A stretch of DNA of 64,000 nt from an uncultured delta proteobacterium (GCA_963785725.1 CAWAWS010000014.1:1-64000); one strand, 5' to 3'. Positions 9,668 through 21,954 are shown, numbered from the stretch's first letter. Translations and numbers: made by a program. Notes: generated by a model not told the origin, from the letters alone.

Positions 9668-10171
9668 TTAGCGCTGGATCTCGACGAGCAGCACCCAGGC
9701 GTTGAAGGCGCCGGCGATGAAGGAGCCCATCGCGCCCGGCACGACGCCGAAGATGCCGCGCGCGTCTCCCGCGAGCAAGAGCGCGCCGCCTACGATGAAC
9801 GGCACGCTCGCCACCTGTGCACCCAGCGCGCGCAGCCACAGCCAGCGTCGCGCCGAGGCCTCGAGGTCGGGATCGCGCTGCGCCCGCAGCTGCGGACGCA
9901 CGGCCGCCAGCCACGCGCACAGGCCCGTCGCCAAGATCTCGCCGCCGAGCACGCGCATCGGCTGGCCCGGCACCAAGCCGAACAGCGCCACGAACAGCAC
10001 GGCGCCGAAGAACGACAGCGTCTCCAGCGCGCGCTCGGGCAAGTGGCGGCTGGCGACGATGCGCCCGAGGCTGATCGACACGGCGACGAAGAGCAGCCCC
10101 GTCAACGCCGCCGCCGCGCCCGCGACGGCGACGAAGAAGTCGCTCCACGTTCGCAGCGCGTCGGCGCTCAC
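9668..10171 (-). CDS. Hypothetical multi-TM membrane protein
   Basis: WSDFFVAVAGAAAALTGLLFVAVSI ... NAWVLLVEI; GTGA overlap with the upstream gene. Confidence 0.75.
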   Translation of the reverse strand: MSADALRTWSDFFVAVAGAAAALTGLLFVAVSISLGRIVASRHLPERALETLSFFGAVLFVALFGLVPGQPMRVLGGEILATGLCAWLAAVRPQLRAQRDPDLEASARRWLWLRALGAQVASVPFIVGGALLLAGDARGIFGVVPGAMGSFIAGAFNAWVLLVEIQR

Positions 10172-11016
10172 GGCCGCGCGCCGAAGCGGGCGACGTTGCG
10201 CGCGGCCCACTCGGCGTACGTCGCCGGTGCGCGGCCGGTGATGCGCGCGACGGCGTCGGTGACGACCGCCGGCACGCCCACTTCGTCGCGCCACTGCGCC
10301 ATTAAGAGCTCGACGTAGGCCGGCGGTACGATGCGCGCCAGCGCCGCGCGCGCCTCGGGCTCGTCGACCGCGACGACGCCGAGCGGGCGGCCGAGCGCGG
10401 CGCCGATGATGCCGACCTGATCGCGCTGCGACAGCGACTGCGGACCGGTGATGACGATCGCCTGCCCATCGAGCTCGCGCGACACCAGCGCGCGCACGGC
10501 CACGGCGGTCAGGTCGCGCTCGTCGACGGGCGCCTGCTCAGCCGCGGGAAACGGCAGTCGCACCAAGCCCTCCTCGGCGATCGAGCGCGCCCAGAAGCGC
10601 AGCGCATTGCGCGCAAACGCGCCCGGCCGCAAGGCGACGACGCGCAGCCCGGCCTCGGCCATCGCCTCTTCGACCTCGAGATGGCGGCGCTTGTTGTACT
10701 GCGCGTAGGGCCGATCGCTGCCCGCGTCGATCGTCGACAGCACGACCGCTTTGCCGACGCCGGCGCGACGAATGGCCTGCGCCAGCTCGCGCGGCGCCCG
10801 ACCGGCGGCGTACAAGAACACCGCGTCCACGCCGTCGAGCGCCGGCGTCAGCGACGCGGGCGCGTCCAAGTCGGCGGCCACGACCTCGACGTGCGCCGGC
10901 AGCCGCGCCTGCGCCGGCGCACGCGACGACGCGCGCACCGTCACGCCCGCCGCCAACAGCTGCTCCACGATGGTGCCGCCCACGCCGCCCGTCGCGCCCG
11001 TAATCAAGACTCGCAT
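10168..11016 (-). CDS. NmrA-like NAD(P)-binding oxidoreductase (atypical SDR)
   Basis: VLITGATGGVG Rossmann motif, LRPGAF, GPQSLS; RBS GGAGGA. Confidence 0.9.
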   Translation of the reverse strand: MRVLITGATGGVGGTIVEQLLAAGVTVRASSRAPAQARLPAHVEVVAADLDAPASLTPALDGVDAVFLYAAGRAPRELAQAIRRAGVGKAVVLSTIDAGSDRPYAQYNKRRHLEVEEAMAEAGLRVVALRPGAFARNALRFWARSIAEEGLVRLPFPAAEQAPVDERDLTAVAVRALVSRELDGQAIVITGPQSLSQRDQVGIIGAALGRPLGVVAVDEPEARAALARIVPPAYVELLMAQWRDEVGVPAVVTDAVARITGRAPATYAEWAARNVARFGARP

Positions 11017-11051
11017 GATGTCCTCCTGCCCACAGCATGCGTCGCCCGTGT

Positions 11052-11072
11052 CATTCACACCAATCACGAATG
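11052..11072. promoter_or_regulatory. Candidate LysR operator in the divergent spacer
   Basis: CATTC-N11-GAATG dyad between the NmrA-like gene and LysR. Confidence 0.35.
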
Positions 11073-11093
11073 CTAACGCATAATATCACTCAT

Positions 11094-11993
11094 ATGAATC
11101 TCTCGACGTTCGACCTCAACCTGTTCGTCGTGCTGCAAGCGGTGCTCGCCGAAGGCAGCGCGACGCGGGCCGCGGCCCGGCTGCACGTCACGCAGTCGGC
11201 GGTGTCCAATGCGCTCGCGCGATTGCGCGCGCTGCTCGGCGATCCGCTGGTCTTGCGCACGCGCCGCGGGCTCATCCCGACGCCGCGCGCGCTGGCGCTG
11301 CAGCCGCAGCTGGAGGCGGCCCTGGCGACGCTCGAAGCCGTGACGCGCGAGTCGCCGCGCTTCGATGCGCGCACGACGACGCGCGAGTGGGCGATGTCGT
11401 TCGCCGAGCTGTACGGGCCGATTCTCTTGCCCGCGCTGGTGGCGCGGCTGCGCGTCGAGGCGCCGAACGCGTCGCTGCGCGTGGTGACGCTCGAGCATAT
11501 GGCGGCGACCGACGCGCTGGCCACGGGCGAGATCGATCTCTACGTCGGGATTCCCGGCAAGCATTCGCCGGCGTGGCGCGACGAGCCGCTGTTCGCCGAC
11601 GACATGGTCGGCATCATGCGCAAAGATCACGCGGCCGCGCGACGACGCATGACGTTGGCGACGTTCCTGCGCCTGCCGCATGTGCAAGGGCGCGTCATGC
11701 CGAACCGTGGTCGCGAGGTCGACGACGCGCTGGCGCGCCGCGGTCTGGCGCGCCGGGTCGTCCTCACGGTGCCGCATTACGGCGCCATTTGCGCCGTCGT
11801 CGCCGCCAGCGATTGCCTGGCGGTCGTGTCGGGTAAGCTGGCGCGCTATTACGCGGCGCGCTTTCCGCTGCGCGTGTTCACGCTGCCGCTGACGTTACCG
11901 AAGCTGATGGTGTCGATGCATTGGCACATGCGCGCCGATCGCGATCCGGCGGTGCTGGCGCTGCGCGGCTTCGTACGCGAGATCCTGCGTTAG
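11094..11993 (+). CDS. LysR-family transcriptional regulator
   Basis: FDLNLFVVL...SATRAAARLHVTQSAVSNALARLR HTH; divergent from the SDR. Confidence 0.95.
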   Translation: MNLSTFDLNLFVVLQAVLAEGSATRAAARLHVTQSAVSNALARLRALLGDPLVLRTRRGLIPTPRALALQPQLEAALATLEAVTRESPRFDARTTTREWAMSFAELYGPILLPALVARLRVEAPNASLRVVTLEHMAATDALATGEIDLYVGIPGKHSPAWRDEPLFADDMVGIMRKDHAAARRRMTLATFLRLPHVQGRVMPNRGREVDDALARRGLARRVVLTVPHYGAICAVVAASDCLAVVSGKLARYYAARFPLRVFTLPLTLPKLMVSMHWHMRADRDPAVLALRGFVREILR

Positions 11994-12002
11994 GACGACA
12001 CG

Positions 12003-13523
12003 CTACGTGGGCGAATAATCCGCGCCCTTCTCCGAGTGATCGCGCCCATCGAAGCGCATGAGCTTGCCTTTGTTGTCGACCTTGGTCAGCAGATTGACCG
12101 GCCGCTTCCACACGCGCGACAGCGCTTCCAGCGTATCGCGCGCGTGATCGATCTTCAGATCGACGCCCTCGTGCTTATGCTTCAGCAAGAGCTCACTGCG
12201 ATTCTCGAAGTTGCCGTCCTCGACATAAATGAACGGCTGCCCGAAGTTCGTCAGTCGAAAGAGCAGCTTGTCTTTGACCTTCTTGAACTCGCGGCTCTCG
12301 ACCTCCCAATTGCCGCTGCGCTCGTTGAAGCCGAACGAGAAGAAGCGCTCCGAGCGGCAGAACTCCTCGGTAAAGAACTCGTCGATGAACGTGATGTCAT
12401 TGTAGAGCTTACGCACTTCGAAGATCTTCTTCTTGCCGAGACCCAAGCGGCGATCCCACGATTTACGCGCCGCCATATCCTGGCATTCGTCCCACTCTTT
12501 ACCGAATTGCCCCTTGTTCCAGCGATCTTCGATATGCCGATAAAGCTCGACGCCGAGCTTATAAGGATTGAGCTGCCCCGGCGCCGACGCCGTCACGCCT
12601 GACGCATGATCGGCGTAATCGATGATCTCGGACGCGTTGAGCGCCTTCTCCGTCATGATCTTGGAGTGCCAATACGTGGCCCAACCCTCGTTCATGATCT
12701 TGGTCATCGCCTGCGGCGCGAAGTAATAGGCCTCGGCGCGAATGACCTCGAGAACATCGCGCTCCCAACGCTCGAGCGGCGCATTCTGCGTCAAGAACAG
12801 CAGAACGTCGCGCTCCGGCCGCTCGGGAAACTTCTTCTCCTTCTCTTTTTCCTTCTCCATCTTTTGCCGCTGCTTCTCGATGAAGTCGGGCGGGTTGATG
12901 TACTTGTCCATATAGGACTTGGCCCGCATTTTCGGGACTTCTTTGGCGTTCTCGCTCTCTTTGACCGCCGCTTCCTCTTCGCTGCGCGTCTTCGTGCGCC
13001 GCTCGACATAAACCGAATGCGGATCGATCAAGTTATCGAGCGACAGACAAACGTCGATGAAGGTCTCGACCTTTTCGATTCCGTGACGCTCGATATGGCG
13101 GCGAATGCGCATGGCGTGATTGGCCATGCCGTCGATCATGCGGCGATTGGTGCGCGAGAAATAAAAGTTGTTCTTGAAGAAGTCGCAATGGCCATAGACG
13201 TGCGCCATGACCATTTTCTGATCGACCGACGAGTTGCCCTCCAATAAATAGGCATAACAAGGGTCGTTATTGATGACCATTTCATAGATCTTCGACAGGC
13301 CGTATTCGTAGCCTTTGGCCAGTCCTTCGAAGTCCATTCCGAAACGCCAGTGCGGATAACGCGTAGGAAAGCCGCCATAAGCGGCCACCTCGTTCATGCG
13401 CTGGTAGTCGAGGACTTCGAAGATGGTGTCGAAGAAATCGAGACCATAATCGCGCGCGTACTTTTCGATATCCCGCTGCATATCCGCCAAATAAGCGGGC
13501 AGCGAGCTGGCCCTTGGCATCAT
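12003..13523 (-). CDS. spoVR: SpoVR/YcgB family protein
   Basis: [54 protein letters not shown]. Confidence 0.95.
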   Translation of the reverse strand: MMPRASSLPAYLADMQRDIEKYARDYGLDFFDTIFEVLDYQRMNEVAAYGGFPTRYPHWRFGMDFEGLAKGYEYGLSKIYEMVINNDPCYAYLLEGNSSVDQKMVMAHVYGHCDFFKNNFYFSRTNRRMIDGMANHAMRIRRHIERHGIEKVETFIDVCLSLDNLIDPHSVYVERRTKTRSEEEAAVKESENAKEVPKMRAKSYMDKYINPPDFIEKQRQKMEKEKEKEKKFPERPERDVLLFLTQNAPLERWERDVLEVIRAEAYYFAPQAMTKIMNEGWATYWHSKIMTEKALNASEIIDYADHASGVTASAPGQLNPYKLGVELYRHIEDRWNKGQFGKEWDECQDMAARKSWDRRLGLGKKKIFEVRKLYNDITFIDEFFTEEFCRSERFFSFGFNERSGNWEVESREFKKVKDKLLFRLTNFGQPFIYVEDGNFENRSELLLKHKHEGVDLKIDHARDTLEALSRVWKRPVNLLTKVDNKGKLMRFDGRDHSEKGADYSPT

Positions 13524-13563
13524 CTCAATTCACCCATTTCTTGCGCGCGGTATTGGTCATTCG

Positions 13564-14055
13564 TTACTCGGCCGCGTCCATCAAACACTGGTCCAAGAGC
13601 GGCTGCATCGTCGCCGCGAAGCGCAGGCCGCGCTCGTCGGAGTCATCGGCGACGACCGTCAAGTCGAAGCGCCCGACGCGGCGATGGAGCGCGAACGAGC
13701 CGGCGACCGGCGTCGCCACCTCTTCCCAATCGAACACCGGCGGCTCGTCCTGATCGCCGCGATATTCGATGCGCGCCATATATTGTGGCGGCAATATCAA
13801 TTCAACGCGCGCCGTGTCATTCGATTCCCCGCTACGCACTTCGGCATGGCGGAAATCGCGCGAATAATGGCGCAGCTCGGCGCGCACGTGATTCATGCGC
13901 GTGGCGCAGCCGCTCGTCCACACCGGCGACGGCACGGCCCGCGCGCGATGATTGGTGTCGAAGCCGCCGGCGATGAGCGCGAGCAGACCGGCGGCGCCGG
14001 CCGCGCGCGCCAAGATGCGCCCGTCGAATAGTCGTGCAACCAGCGGCAGCGTCAT
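13564..14055 (-). CDS. Hypothetical exported or membrane-anchored protein between yeaH and spoVR
   Basis: ATGA overlap with the yeaH stop; N-terminal hydrophobic segment; two Cys. Confidence 0.55.
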   Translation of the reverse strand: MTLPLVARLFDGRILARAAGAAGLLALIAGGFDTNHRARAVPSPVWTSGCATRMNHVRAELRHYSRDFRHAEVRSGESNDTARVELILPPQYMARIEYRGDQDEPPVFDWEEVATPVAGSFALHRRVGRFDLTVVADDSDERGLRFAATMQPLLDQCLMDAAE

Positions 14056-15158
14056 TTGCCCTTCCCGAGGAAGTCGCGGATCGAGTCCATGATTGACTCC
14101 TTTCCTTTGATCTCGCTGGTGGTGAGGTTGCCCTCTTCATCGAAGTGCTCTTGCAAGTCTTTGATGAATTGACCGGAGCCGTAAGGCGATTCGACCTGTC
14201 CGTAACAAAAGAGGTTCACGTGCGGCAACACGTGCGTCTTCAATATCTCGATGCAGGTGACGGTATCGTCGACGGACCAGTTGTCACCGTCGGAGAAATG
14301 GAACGGATAGATGTTCCATTCGCTGGGCGGATATTCTTCGGTAATCAGCTTGCTGCACAGCTTGTAAGCGGACGAGATCATCGTGCCGCCCGATTCGCGC
14401 GTGCGGAAGAACGTCTCGCGATCGACCTCTTTGGCCATCGCGTCGTGAATGATGTAGCGGCTCTCGATTCCCTGATATTGCGAGCGCAGCCAGGTATCGA
14501 TCCAAAAGCTCTCGATACGGACGATTTCCTTTTGCTCGTCGCCCATCGAGCCGGAGACGTCCATCATGTAAATGATGACGGCATTCGACTGCGGCAGCGG
14601 ATCCGAGCGCCAGCTGCGATAACGCTTATCCTCGCGCACCGGCACGATCAGCGGATTCTTCGGGTTATAGGTGCCCGACGCGATTTGTCGCCGCAATGCC
14701 TGCTTGAACGTACGCCGGAAATGGCGCAGCGACTCGGGACCGGTATTTCTGACGCCGGTATAACGATCTTTACGCGCGACGATTCGCTCTTTGCCTTTAG
14801 GCTCGATTCGCGGCAGTCGCAACTCTTCGCCCATGATCGCGGCGAGCTCTTCCATCGTGATATCGACTTCGAGCAAGTGCTCGCCCGGCTTGTCGCCCGC
14901 CTTGCCTTCGCCCGGCTGCGGCTGCCCTTGTCCGACGGCATCGCCGGGATCGCCTTCGCCCTGACCGACGCCGCCCGTCTGCTTCGAGCCGAAGCGGAAA
15001 TGCGGAATATCGATCTGTGGCAAAGGAATCGAGACGACCTCTTTGCCTTTTTTGCCGAGCATCTCGCCCTGCGTAATGTATTTGCGCAGGTTCTGTTTGA
15101 TTTTGCCGCGGACGATCTCGCGAAAGCGGCGATGGTCCTGGTCAATGCGCAAGCTCAC
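14052..15158 (-). CDS. yeaH: DUF444 / YeaH-YhbH family vWA-like protein
   Basis: [13 protein letters not shown] motif, [24 protein letters not shown]. Confidence 0.95.
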   Translation of the reverse strand: MSLRIDQDHRRFREIVRGKIKQNLRKYITQGEMLGKKGKEVVSIPLPQIDIPHFRFGSKQTGGVGQGEGDPGDAVGQGQPQPGEGKAGDKPGEHLLEVDITMEELAAIMGEELRLPRIEPKGKERIVARKDRYTGVRNTGPESLRHFRRTFKQALRRQIASGTYNPKNPLIVPVREDKRYRSWRSDPLPQSNAVIIYMMDVSGSMGDEQKEIVRIESFWIDTWLRSQYQGIESRYIIHDAMAKEVDRETFFRTRESGGTMISSAYKLCSKLITEEYPPSEWNIYPFHFSDGDNWSVDDTVTCIEILKTHVLPHVNLFCYGQVESPYGSGQFIKDLQEHFDEEGNLTTSEIKGKESIMDSIRDFLGKGK

Positions 15159-15219
15159 GACTGCACCTCTCGGCGAGCAGTACCGGCCACCCTCATCTTC
15201 GCTCGCTTCCGCTCGACGC

Positions 15220-15876
15220 TCATCTATAGGGTCCTCCGGCGGACGACGCGGCGCGCGGTCGTCCCGTCAACAACCGTACGCGCGTGCCGTCGGTAAAGAG
15301 ATCTTTGACCGCGCGCGCTTTCCACGTGCACAGCCCGCAGCCGCCACACAATCGTAACTCCAAGCGGCCGTAGCGCTCCGCGCCGACGACGAGCGCCGGC
15401 AACCAATCGCCGCCGGTCTCGAGCAGCGGCGTGATGCGCCAGCTGCCACCGTTGTCGCAGCGCGAGCATTCGCGACGCTCGGGCTGCGGCGCCGGTGTCG
15501 CGCCTATCCACGCGATGTCGCTGACGCGCCATTCGACGAGCCCGCAGTCGCCGCACGCCTCGCAGTCGAGCCGGCCATTCGTCGCCCCGTCGTCGTAGCC
15601 GAGCGGCAAGCGTAACCGCCGTCGCGGCGCGTCGGCAGCACGCACCCGTCGCGTCGAGCCGCAGCCGATGCACGGGTGCCGCTCGATCGACGCCTGCGAA
15701 TGCTCGGTCGTCGCATACCAAGTGAGCACGCCGCAGCCACGACAAATCAGCGTCGACAGGCGCAAGTCGTCGCCGCCCAAGCTCGCGGCGATGTAAGTGG
15801 CGAGCCCGTGCTCCTTCATGTCGCTCACGAGCCAATGTTCGCTGCCGCCACAGCGATGGCAGACGTCGGGCTTCAC
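15220..15876 (-). CDS. Hypothetical protein with three tandem zinc-ribbon units, C-terminal GPYR
   Basis: RBS AAGGAG + GTG; six CxxC pairs forming three CxxC...CxxCGxxxW units. Confidence 0.7.
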   Translation of the reverse strand: MKPDVCHRCGGSEHWLVSDMKEHGLATYIAASLGGDDLRLSTLICRGCGVLTWYATTEHSQASIERHPCIGCGSTRRVRAADAPRRRLRLPLGYDDGATNGRLDCEACGDCGLVEWRVSDIAWIGATPAPQPERRECSRCDNGGSWRITPLLETGGDWLPALVVGAERYGRLELRLCGGCGLCTWKARAVKDLFTDGTRVRLLTGRPRAASSAGGPYR

Positions 15877-15961
15877 CGATGCTCCTTCGGAGCGCGATGA
15901 CCAGCAGGTCGATCCGCTGGCCCGACGGGCCGGGCGCTCACATTCGCTCGCGGGCGCTCGC

Positions 15962-16264
15962 TCATCGATAAGGCCCTTCGTCGTCAGGCTGGCCTTGTAG
16001 CAGAAAGACGCCCTTTTCCGGATCTTCCTGCAGCTCATCCAATCCGTGCGCGTACCACTCGGTATAGCCGCACGCTTTGCAGATATAGGTCTCGAAATAG
16101 CCGACGCCGTTGTAGAGCTTGAAGAATTTCTCGTGCAGCACGACGTTGAGCGGCTGAATCGGCTTCTCGAAAGCGCTCGCTTCGCCGCGTTCGTGCATTT
16201 TCGCGATATGCCAGACCGCGCGACCGTCGCAGCGCGGACAAAGCAGCTCGCGCTTGAGCGCCAT
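15962..16264 (-). CDS. Single zinc-ribbon protein (CPRC...CKACGYTEWY), C-terminal GPYR
   Basis: Two CxxC motifs; CxxCGYTE resembles zinc_ribbon_13/DUF2082-like proteins; starts 1 nt after the upstream stop. Confidence 0.8.
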   Translation of the reverse strand: MALKRELLCPRCDGRAVWHIAKMHERGEASAFEKPIQPLNVVLHEKFFKLYNGVGYFETYICKACGYTEWYAHGLDELQEDPEKGVFLLQGQPDDEGPYR

Positions 16265-16265
16265 G

Positions 16266-16484
16266 TTAGAACGCCACCTCGGCCAGCGTGTCGCGTTCGG
16301 GATCGTAAAACCCGATTCGTTTTCCTTCGCGCTTCGCCTTGAGCGCTAGGTCGAACAATCCGAGCGCGCGCATCATGATCGCGCCCGGATCGTCGCCCAG
16401 CGTCGGGTCCGAGGCCAAGCGGGCCAACAACGCCGCCGACGTCCCGGATATCGTCAGTGTGACCGGCCCCGTTCTCGGATCCAT
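16266..16484 (-). CDS. Ribbon-helix-helix (CopG-like) small DNA-binding protein
   Basis: VTLTIS strand, AALLARLA helix, IMMRALGLFD helix, AKREGKRIG tail; RBS GGGAG. Confidence 0.6.
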   Translation of the reverse strand: MDPRTGPVTLTISGTSAALLARLASDPTLGDDPGAIMMRALGLFDLALKAKREGKRIGFYDPERDTLAEVAF

Positions 16485-16510
16485 TCGGCTCCCGCCAAGA
16501 ATTGCGTTGC

Positions 16511-18556
<2,046 letters not shown>

Positions 18557-18770
18557 TCTCGTCTCCTGGGTGGGTGCGCTTCAATCATAGCACGGCGGGG
18601 CTGCCAGCGAATGATCTAAGCGTCGTGCACGCAAAGTCACGGCCGCATTCTTCGCGTCATTTGCAGCGCACCTTGTGCGGGGACTTGCCGATGCGCGCGA
18701 AATTCACGGCCGCGGTCGATTGTGGATTGGACGACGAGCGAGCGCAAGCAATGCGCGCTCGGTTTCCTGC

Positions 18771-19859
18771 TCAATTGTTGCGTTGGTACTTGTTGACCGC
18801 GGCTTCGTGCTCGGCGCGCGTCTTCGAGAAGTAGTGCGTCCCGTCATTCTTCGACACGAAGTACAAATACGGCGTCTCGTCCGGCTGCAGCACCGCCAGC
18901 AGCGCCGCGCGCCCCGGGTTCGAGATCGGCCCCGGCGGCAGCCCTTCGTGCGTGTACGTATTGTAGGGATTGTCTTTGTCGTCGAGCTGCGCGCGCCGAA
19001 TGCGGCCTTCGAACTTCTGACACGCCACGCTCTTCTTCACCGGCACCGTGCAGCCGTAGACGATCGTCGGATCCGTCTGCAGCAGATGCGGCACGAACGT
19101 CGGCAGCCGCAAGCGGTTCAAGAACACGCCCGCGATCCGCGGCCGCTCCTCGGTGCGCGCCGTCTCTTTCTCGACCAGCGACGCCATGAGCACGATCTCG
19201 CGCTCGTCGAAGTTGTACTGCTTCTTCAGCATCGCCACGCCGTCGGCATGCGCTTTCGTCAGCTGCGCCAGCACGTCGTGGCCGTGCTTGACCATCTGCG
19301 TCACCACTTTTGCCGGCGTCGTCCCCGCGCGAAAGCGATAGGTGTCGGGATAGAGATAGCCCTCGAACGTGGCGTTCGGCACACCGAGCGACCGCGCCAA
19401 GCCGGCGTCGCGCATGACCTTGAGCGCGTCCGCCGCCGAGCACACACCGGCGCCGCCCAAGATCTCCGCCACCTGCTCCATGTTCTTGCCTTCGGGGATG
19501 GTCACCGCGATCTCTTCGACCGGCACACCTTCGACCAGCCGATCGAGCAGCTCCTTGGGCGACATCGTCGACGTCAGCGCGTAATCGCCGGCGCGAATCT
19601 TCTGCGCCAGGCCGCGCTCGTTCGCATAAAAGCGGAACCAGCTCGGATGGTCGATGAGCCCTTTTTCCGCCAGCCGCCGCGAGATCTCGGCCAGCGTCAG
19701 CCCTTTCTCGACGACGATTCGCGCCTGCCGCGGCGCGCCCGACGGATGCCCGTTGGGATAGCCGAGCACGACGAACGCGGCTACGCCGACGACCGCCACC
19801 GTCAGCGCCACCGTCGTCGCCACGATGACCGCCGCCTTCTTCTGCGCTTCCACGGTCAC
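18771..19859 (-). CDS. mltG: Endolytic transglycosylase MltG (YceG)
   Basis: EGYLYPDTY, ASLVEKET, LQTDPT, PYNTYTHEGLPPGPISNPG; N-terminal TM. Confidence 0.95.
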   Translation of the reverse strand: MTVEAQKKAAVIVATTVALTVAVVGVAAFVVLGYPNGHPSGAPRQARIVVEKGLTLAEISRRLAEKGLIDHPSWFRFYANERGLAQKIRAGDYALTSTMSPKELLDRLVEGVPVEEIAVTIPEGKNMEQVAEILGGAGVCSAADALKVMRDAGLARSLGVPNATFEGYLYPDTYRFRAGTTPAKVVTQMVKHGHDVLAQLTKAHADGVAMLKKQYNFDEREIVLMASLVEKETARTEERPRIAGVFLNRLRLPTFVPHLLQTDPTIVYGCTVPVKKSVACQKFEGRIRRAQLDDKDNPYNTYTHEGLPPGPISNPGRAALLAVLQPDETPYLYFVSKNDGTHYFSKTRAEHEAAVNKYQRNN

Positions 19860-20281
19860 GTTTGCGTCTCCGACTGCGGCCGCGCGTCCAGCCAGCGCTG
19901 CAAGATGACCTGTGCCGCCATCTGATCGATGACCTCTTTCCGCTTTGCCCGCGACATGTTGGCCTGCAGCAGCGTCTCCGTCGCCTCGACCGTCGAGAAG
20001 CGCTCGTCGCACTCGTCGACGATGAGCCCGGCCGCCGCCAGCGCGTCGTAGAACACCTTGACCCGCTCGGCACGTCGCCCGACCGACCCATCAATCTCGT
20101 AGGGCATGCCCACTATCACCTTCTCGACTGAGTATTTCTTAACCAAATCTTTGACTTGCACGACGTCTTTGACCGTGCCGCGGCGCTGCAGCGTCGTCAC
20201 GCCATGCGCGGCCATGCCCAGCTCGTCGCTGACGGCCACGCCGATGGTCCGGCTCCCTACGTCGAGCCCAAGGACCCGCAC
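19856..20281 (-). CDS. ruvX: YqgF/RuvX pre-16S rRNA nuclease / resolvase-like protein
   Basis: LGLDVGSRTIGVAVSD, DERFST, IDQMAAQVILQ; conserved ruvX-mltG order. Confidence 0.95.
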   Translation of the reverse strand: MRVLGLDVGSRTIGVAVSDELGMAAHGVTTLQRRGTVKDVVQVKDLVKKYSVEKVIVGMPYEIDGSVGRRAERVKVFYDALAAAGLIVDECDERFSTVEATETLLQANMSRAKRKEVIDQMAAQVILQRWLDARPQSETQT

Positions 20282-20450
20282 GCCCGCCAGCCTAGCGGAG
20301 TTCGTCGTTTTGCGCCATGCGCCGCTCACGAGCTCCGACACACCGCGTTACAAACTGCTTGGTCGATGTTGCACGGTTGTTTAAATTCCCCGACCTACGC
20401 GGAGTCGACGGTCCACGACTTACAGCGGATTCCTCAAGAAGGGAGGTGAC

Positions 20451-20633
20451 ATGGACATGAAGACGTTTCTCAAAGTGGCAGCTCCGGCGCTCCTCTTCGC
20501 AGCGGCCGTCGGTCTCACGACGATCGGTTGCGGCGACGACACGACCAGCAGCAGCCCGACGCAAGATCTGAGCGTGAGCGAGGATCTTTCGAAGACCACC
20601 CCGCCGGTGGTCGACATGGCCGATCACGACTAG
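20451..20633 (+). CDS. Very small acidic lipoprotein (60 aa)
   Basis: RBS GGAGGT; signal ending TTIGC; mature part S/T/D-rich with DLS-DLS-DMA. Confidence 0.75.
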   Translation: MDMKTFLKVAAPALLFAAAVGLTTIGCGDDTTSSSPTQDLSVSEDLSKTTPPVVDMADHD

Positions 20634-20696
20634 GACGAGCAGCCCGAGCCGATTTAGGGCTTGATCGTCTAGACAATATCGGAGTTGATGAACGTG

Positions 20697-20739
20697 AAAA
20701 TGGCGGCGAGCCGCACAGCTCTCCGCCATTTTCTTTTTT
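20697..20739 (+). terminator. Rho-independent terminator
   Basis: AAAATGGCGG...CCGCCATTTT stem followed by CTTTTTT. Confidence 0.75.
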
Positions 20740-20750
20740 CCGGAGCCCCG

Positions 20751-21035
20751 ATGAGCGACGAGCCCAAGCCTGCACCGATCCAGCTGCAAATCGACGACAC
20801 GACGGCGCAGGGAACCTACGCCAACCTCGTCATGATCAACCACAGCGAGAACGAATTCGTCCTCGACTTCGCTTATTTGCAGCCGACCGGACGGACGGCG
20901 AAGGTGCGCTCGCGCATCATCTCGTCGCCGCGGCATACGAAGCGGCTGCTGCAGGCGCTGCTGAAGAACGTCGAGCGCTACGAAGAGCGCTTCGGCGTCA
21001 TCGAGCTAGCGCCCGACGAACAAACATTTCATTAG
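20751..21035 (+). CDS. DUF3467 family protein
   Basis: GTYANLVMINHSENEFVLDF...VRSRIISSPRHTKRLLQALLKNVERYEERFG. Confidence 0.85.
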   Translation: MSDEPKPAPIQLQIDDTTAQGTYANLVMINHSENEFVLDFAYLQPTGRTAKVRSRIISSPRHTKRLLQALLKNVERYEERFGVIELAPDEQTFH

Positions 21036-21048
21036 CGCTCACAGCCGT

Positions 21049-21954
21049 TTACGCGACGGCGGCGTCTCGGAATTCGACGCGCCCGCGGGCGACGTCGAGG
21101 CGAGCGCGCACGCCGTAGGGGAGCGCGCGGTTGCGCGTGCCGTGGCCGACGGGCGCGCCGGCGAGCACGGGAACGCCTAGTGTCCCCAAGCGTTCGGCGA
21201 TGACGGCCAAGGCGTCGGGCGGGCTGCCGTCCTTCTCGGCGCAGCCGACGAGGTCGCCGACGACGGCGCCGGCCAGATTCGCGAGCGCGCCCGCTTGCAG
21301 GAGCTGCGTCAGCTGGCGATCGATGCGATACGGCCGTTCGCCTACCTCCTCGAGCAGCAGCAGCCACGGTTCGTCGACGGGCAGCGACCACGGCGTGCCG
21401 GTCAGCCGCGTCAGCACTTCCAGGTTGCCGCCGAAGAGCCGGCCTTCGACATCGCGACCGGGCGCCACGACGCGCAGGTCGGTCAAGGGCGGCGGCGGAT
21501 CGGGCGATTCCAGCAGTGAAAACAGCGCGGCGACGTCGTCGGCGGGCAGCTTGCCGAGCTGCGTGACGACCGGCGCGTGCACGCTGGCGACCCCGGCGCG
21601 CGCCGCCCACACCAAGAGCGTCGTGATGTCCGAGAAGCCGACGATCGGCTTCGGCGCGCGCGCAAACGCCGCGGCATCGAGGCGATCGAGGATGCGCTGG
21701 CTGCCCCAGCCGCCGCGCGCGCAGAAGACGGCGTCGATCGTCGGATCGCTCAGCGCGCCCAGCAATTCGCGCGCGCGTGCGGCGTCGTCGCCGGCGAGGA
21801 AGCCGTCGCGGGCGAAGATGCGCTCGTCGTGGACAAGCCGGTAGCGCGCCCCTAAGATCGCGGCACCGGCGGCGAACGGCTCGCGCGGCACCGGCCCGGC
21901 CGGCGCCACGACCGCGACGCGCGCTCCCGGACCAATCCGCGGCGGTCGAATCAC
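21049..21954 (-). CDS. ldcA: LD-carboxypeptidase (peptidase S66, LdcA-like)
   Basis: VVAPAG, ARGGWG, GFSDIT (Ser), GGNL, LEEVGERPYRIDR, GH; start 21954 (GTG) or 21960 (ATG). Confidence 0.9.
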   Translation of the reverse strand: MIRPPRIGPGARVAVVAPAGPVPREPFAAGAAILGARYRLVHDERIFARDGFLAGDDAARARELLGALSDPTIDAVFCARGGWGSQRILDRLDAAAFARAPKPIVGFSDITTLLVWAARAGVASVHAPVVTQLGKLPADDVAALFSLLESPDPPPPLTDLRVVAPGRDVEGRLFGGNLEVLTRLTGTPWSLPVDEPWLLLLEEVGERPYRIDRQLTQLLQAGALANLAGAVVGDLVGCAEKDGSPPDALAVIAERLGTLGVPVLAGAPVGHGTRNRALPYGVRARLDVARGRVEFRDAAVA

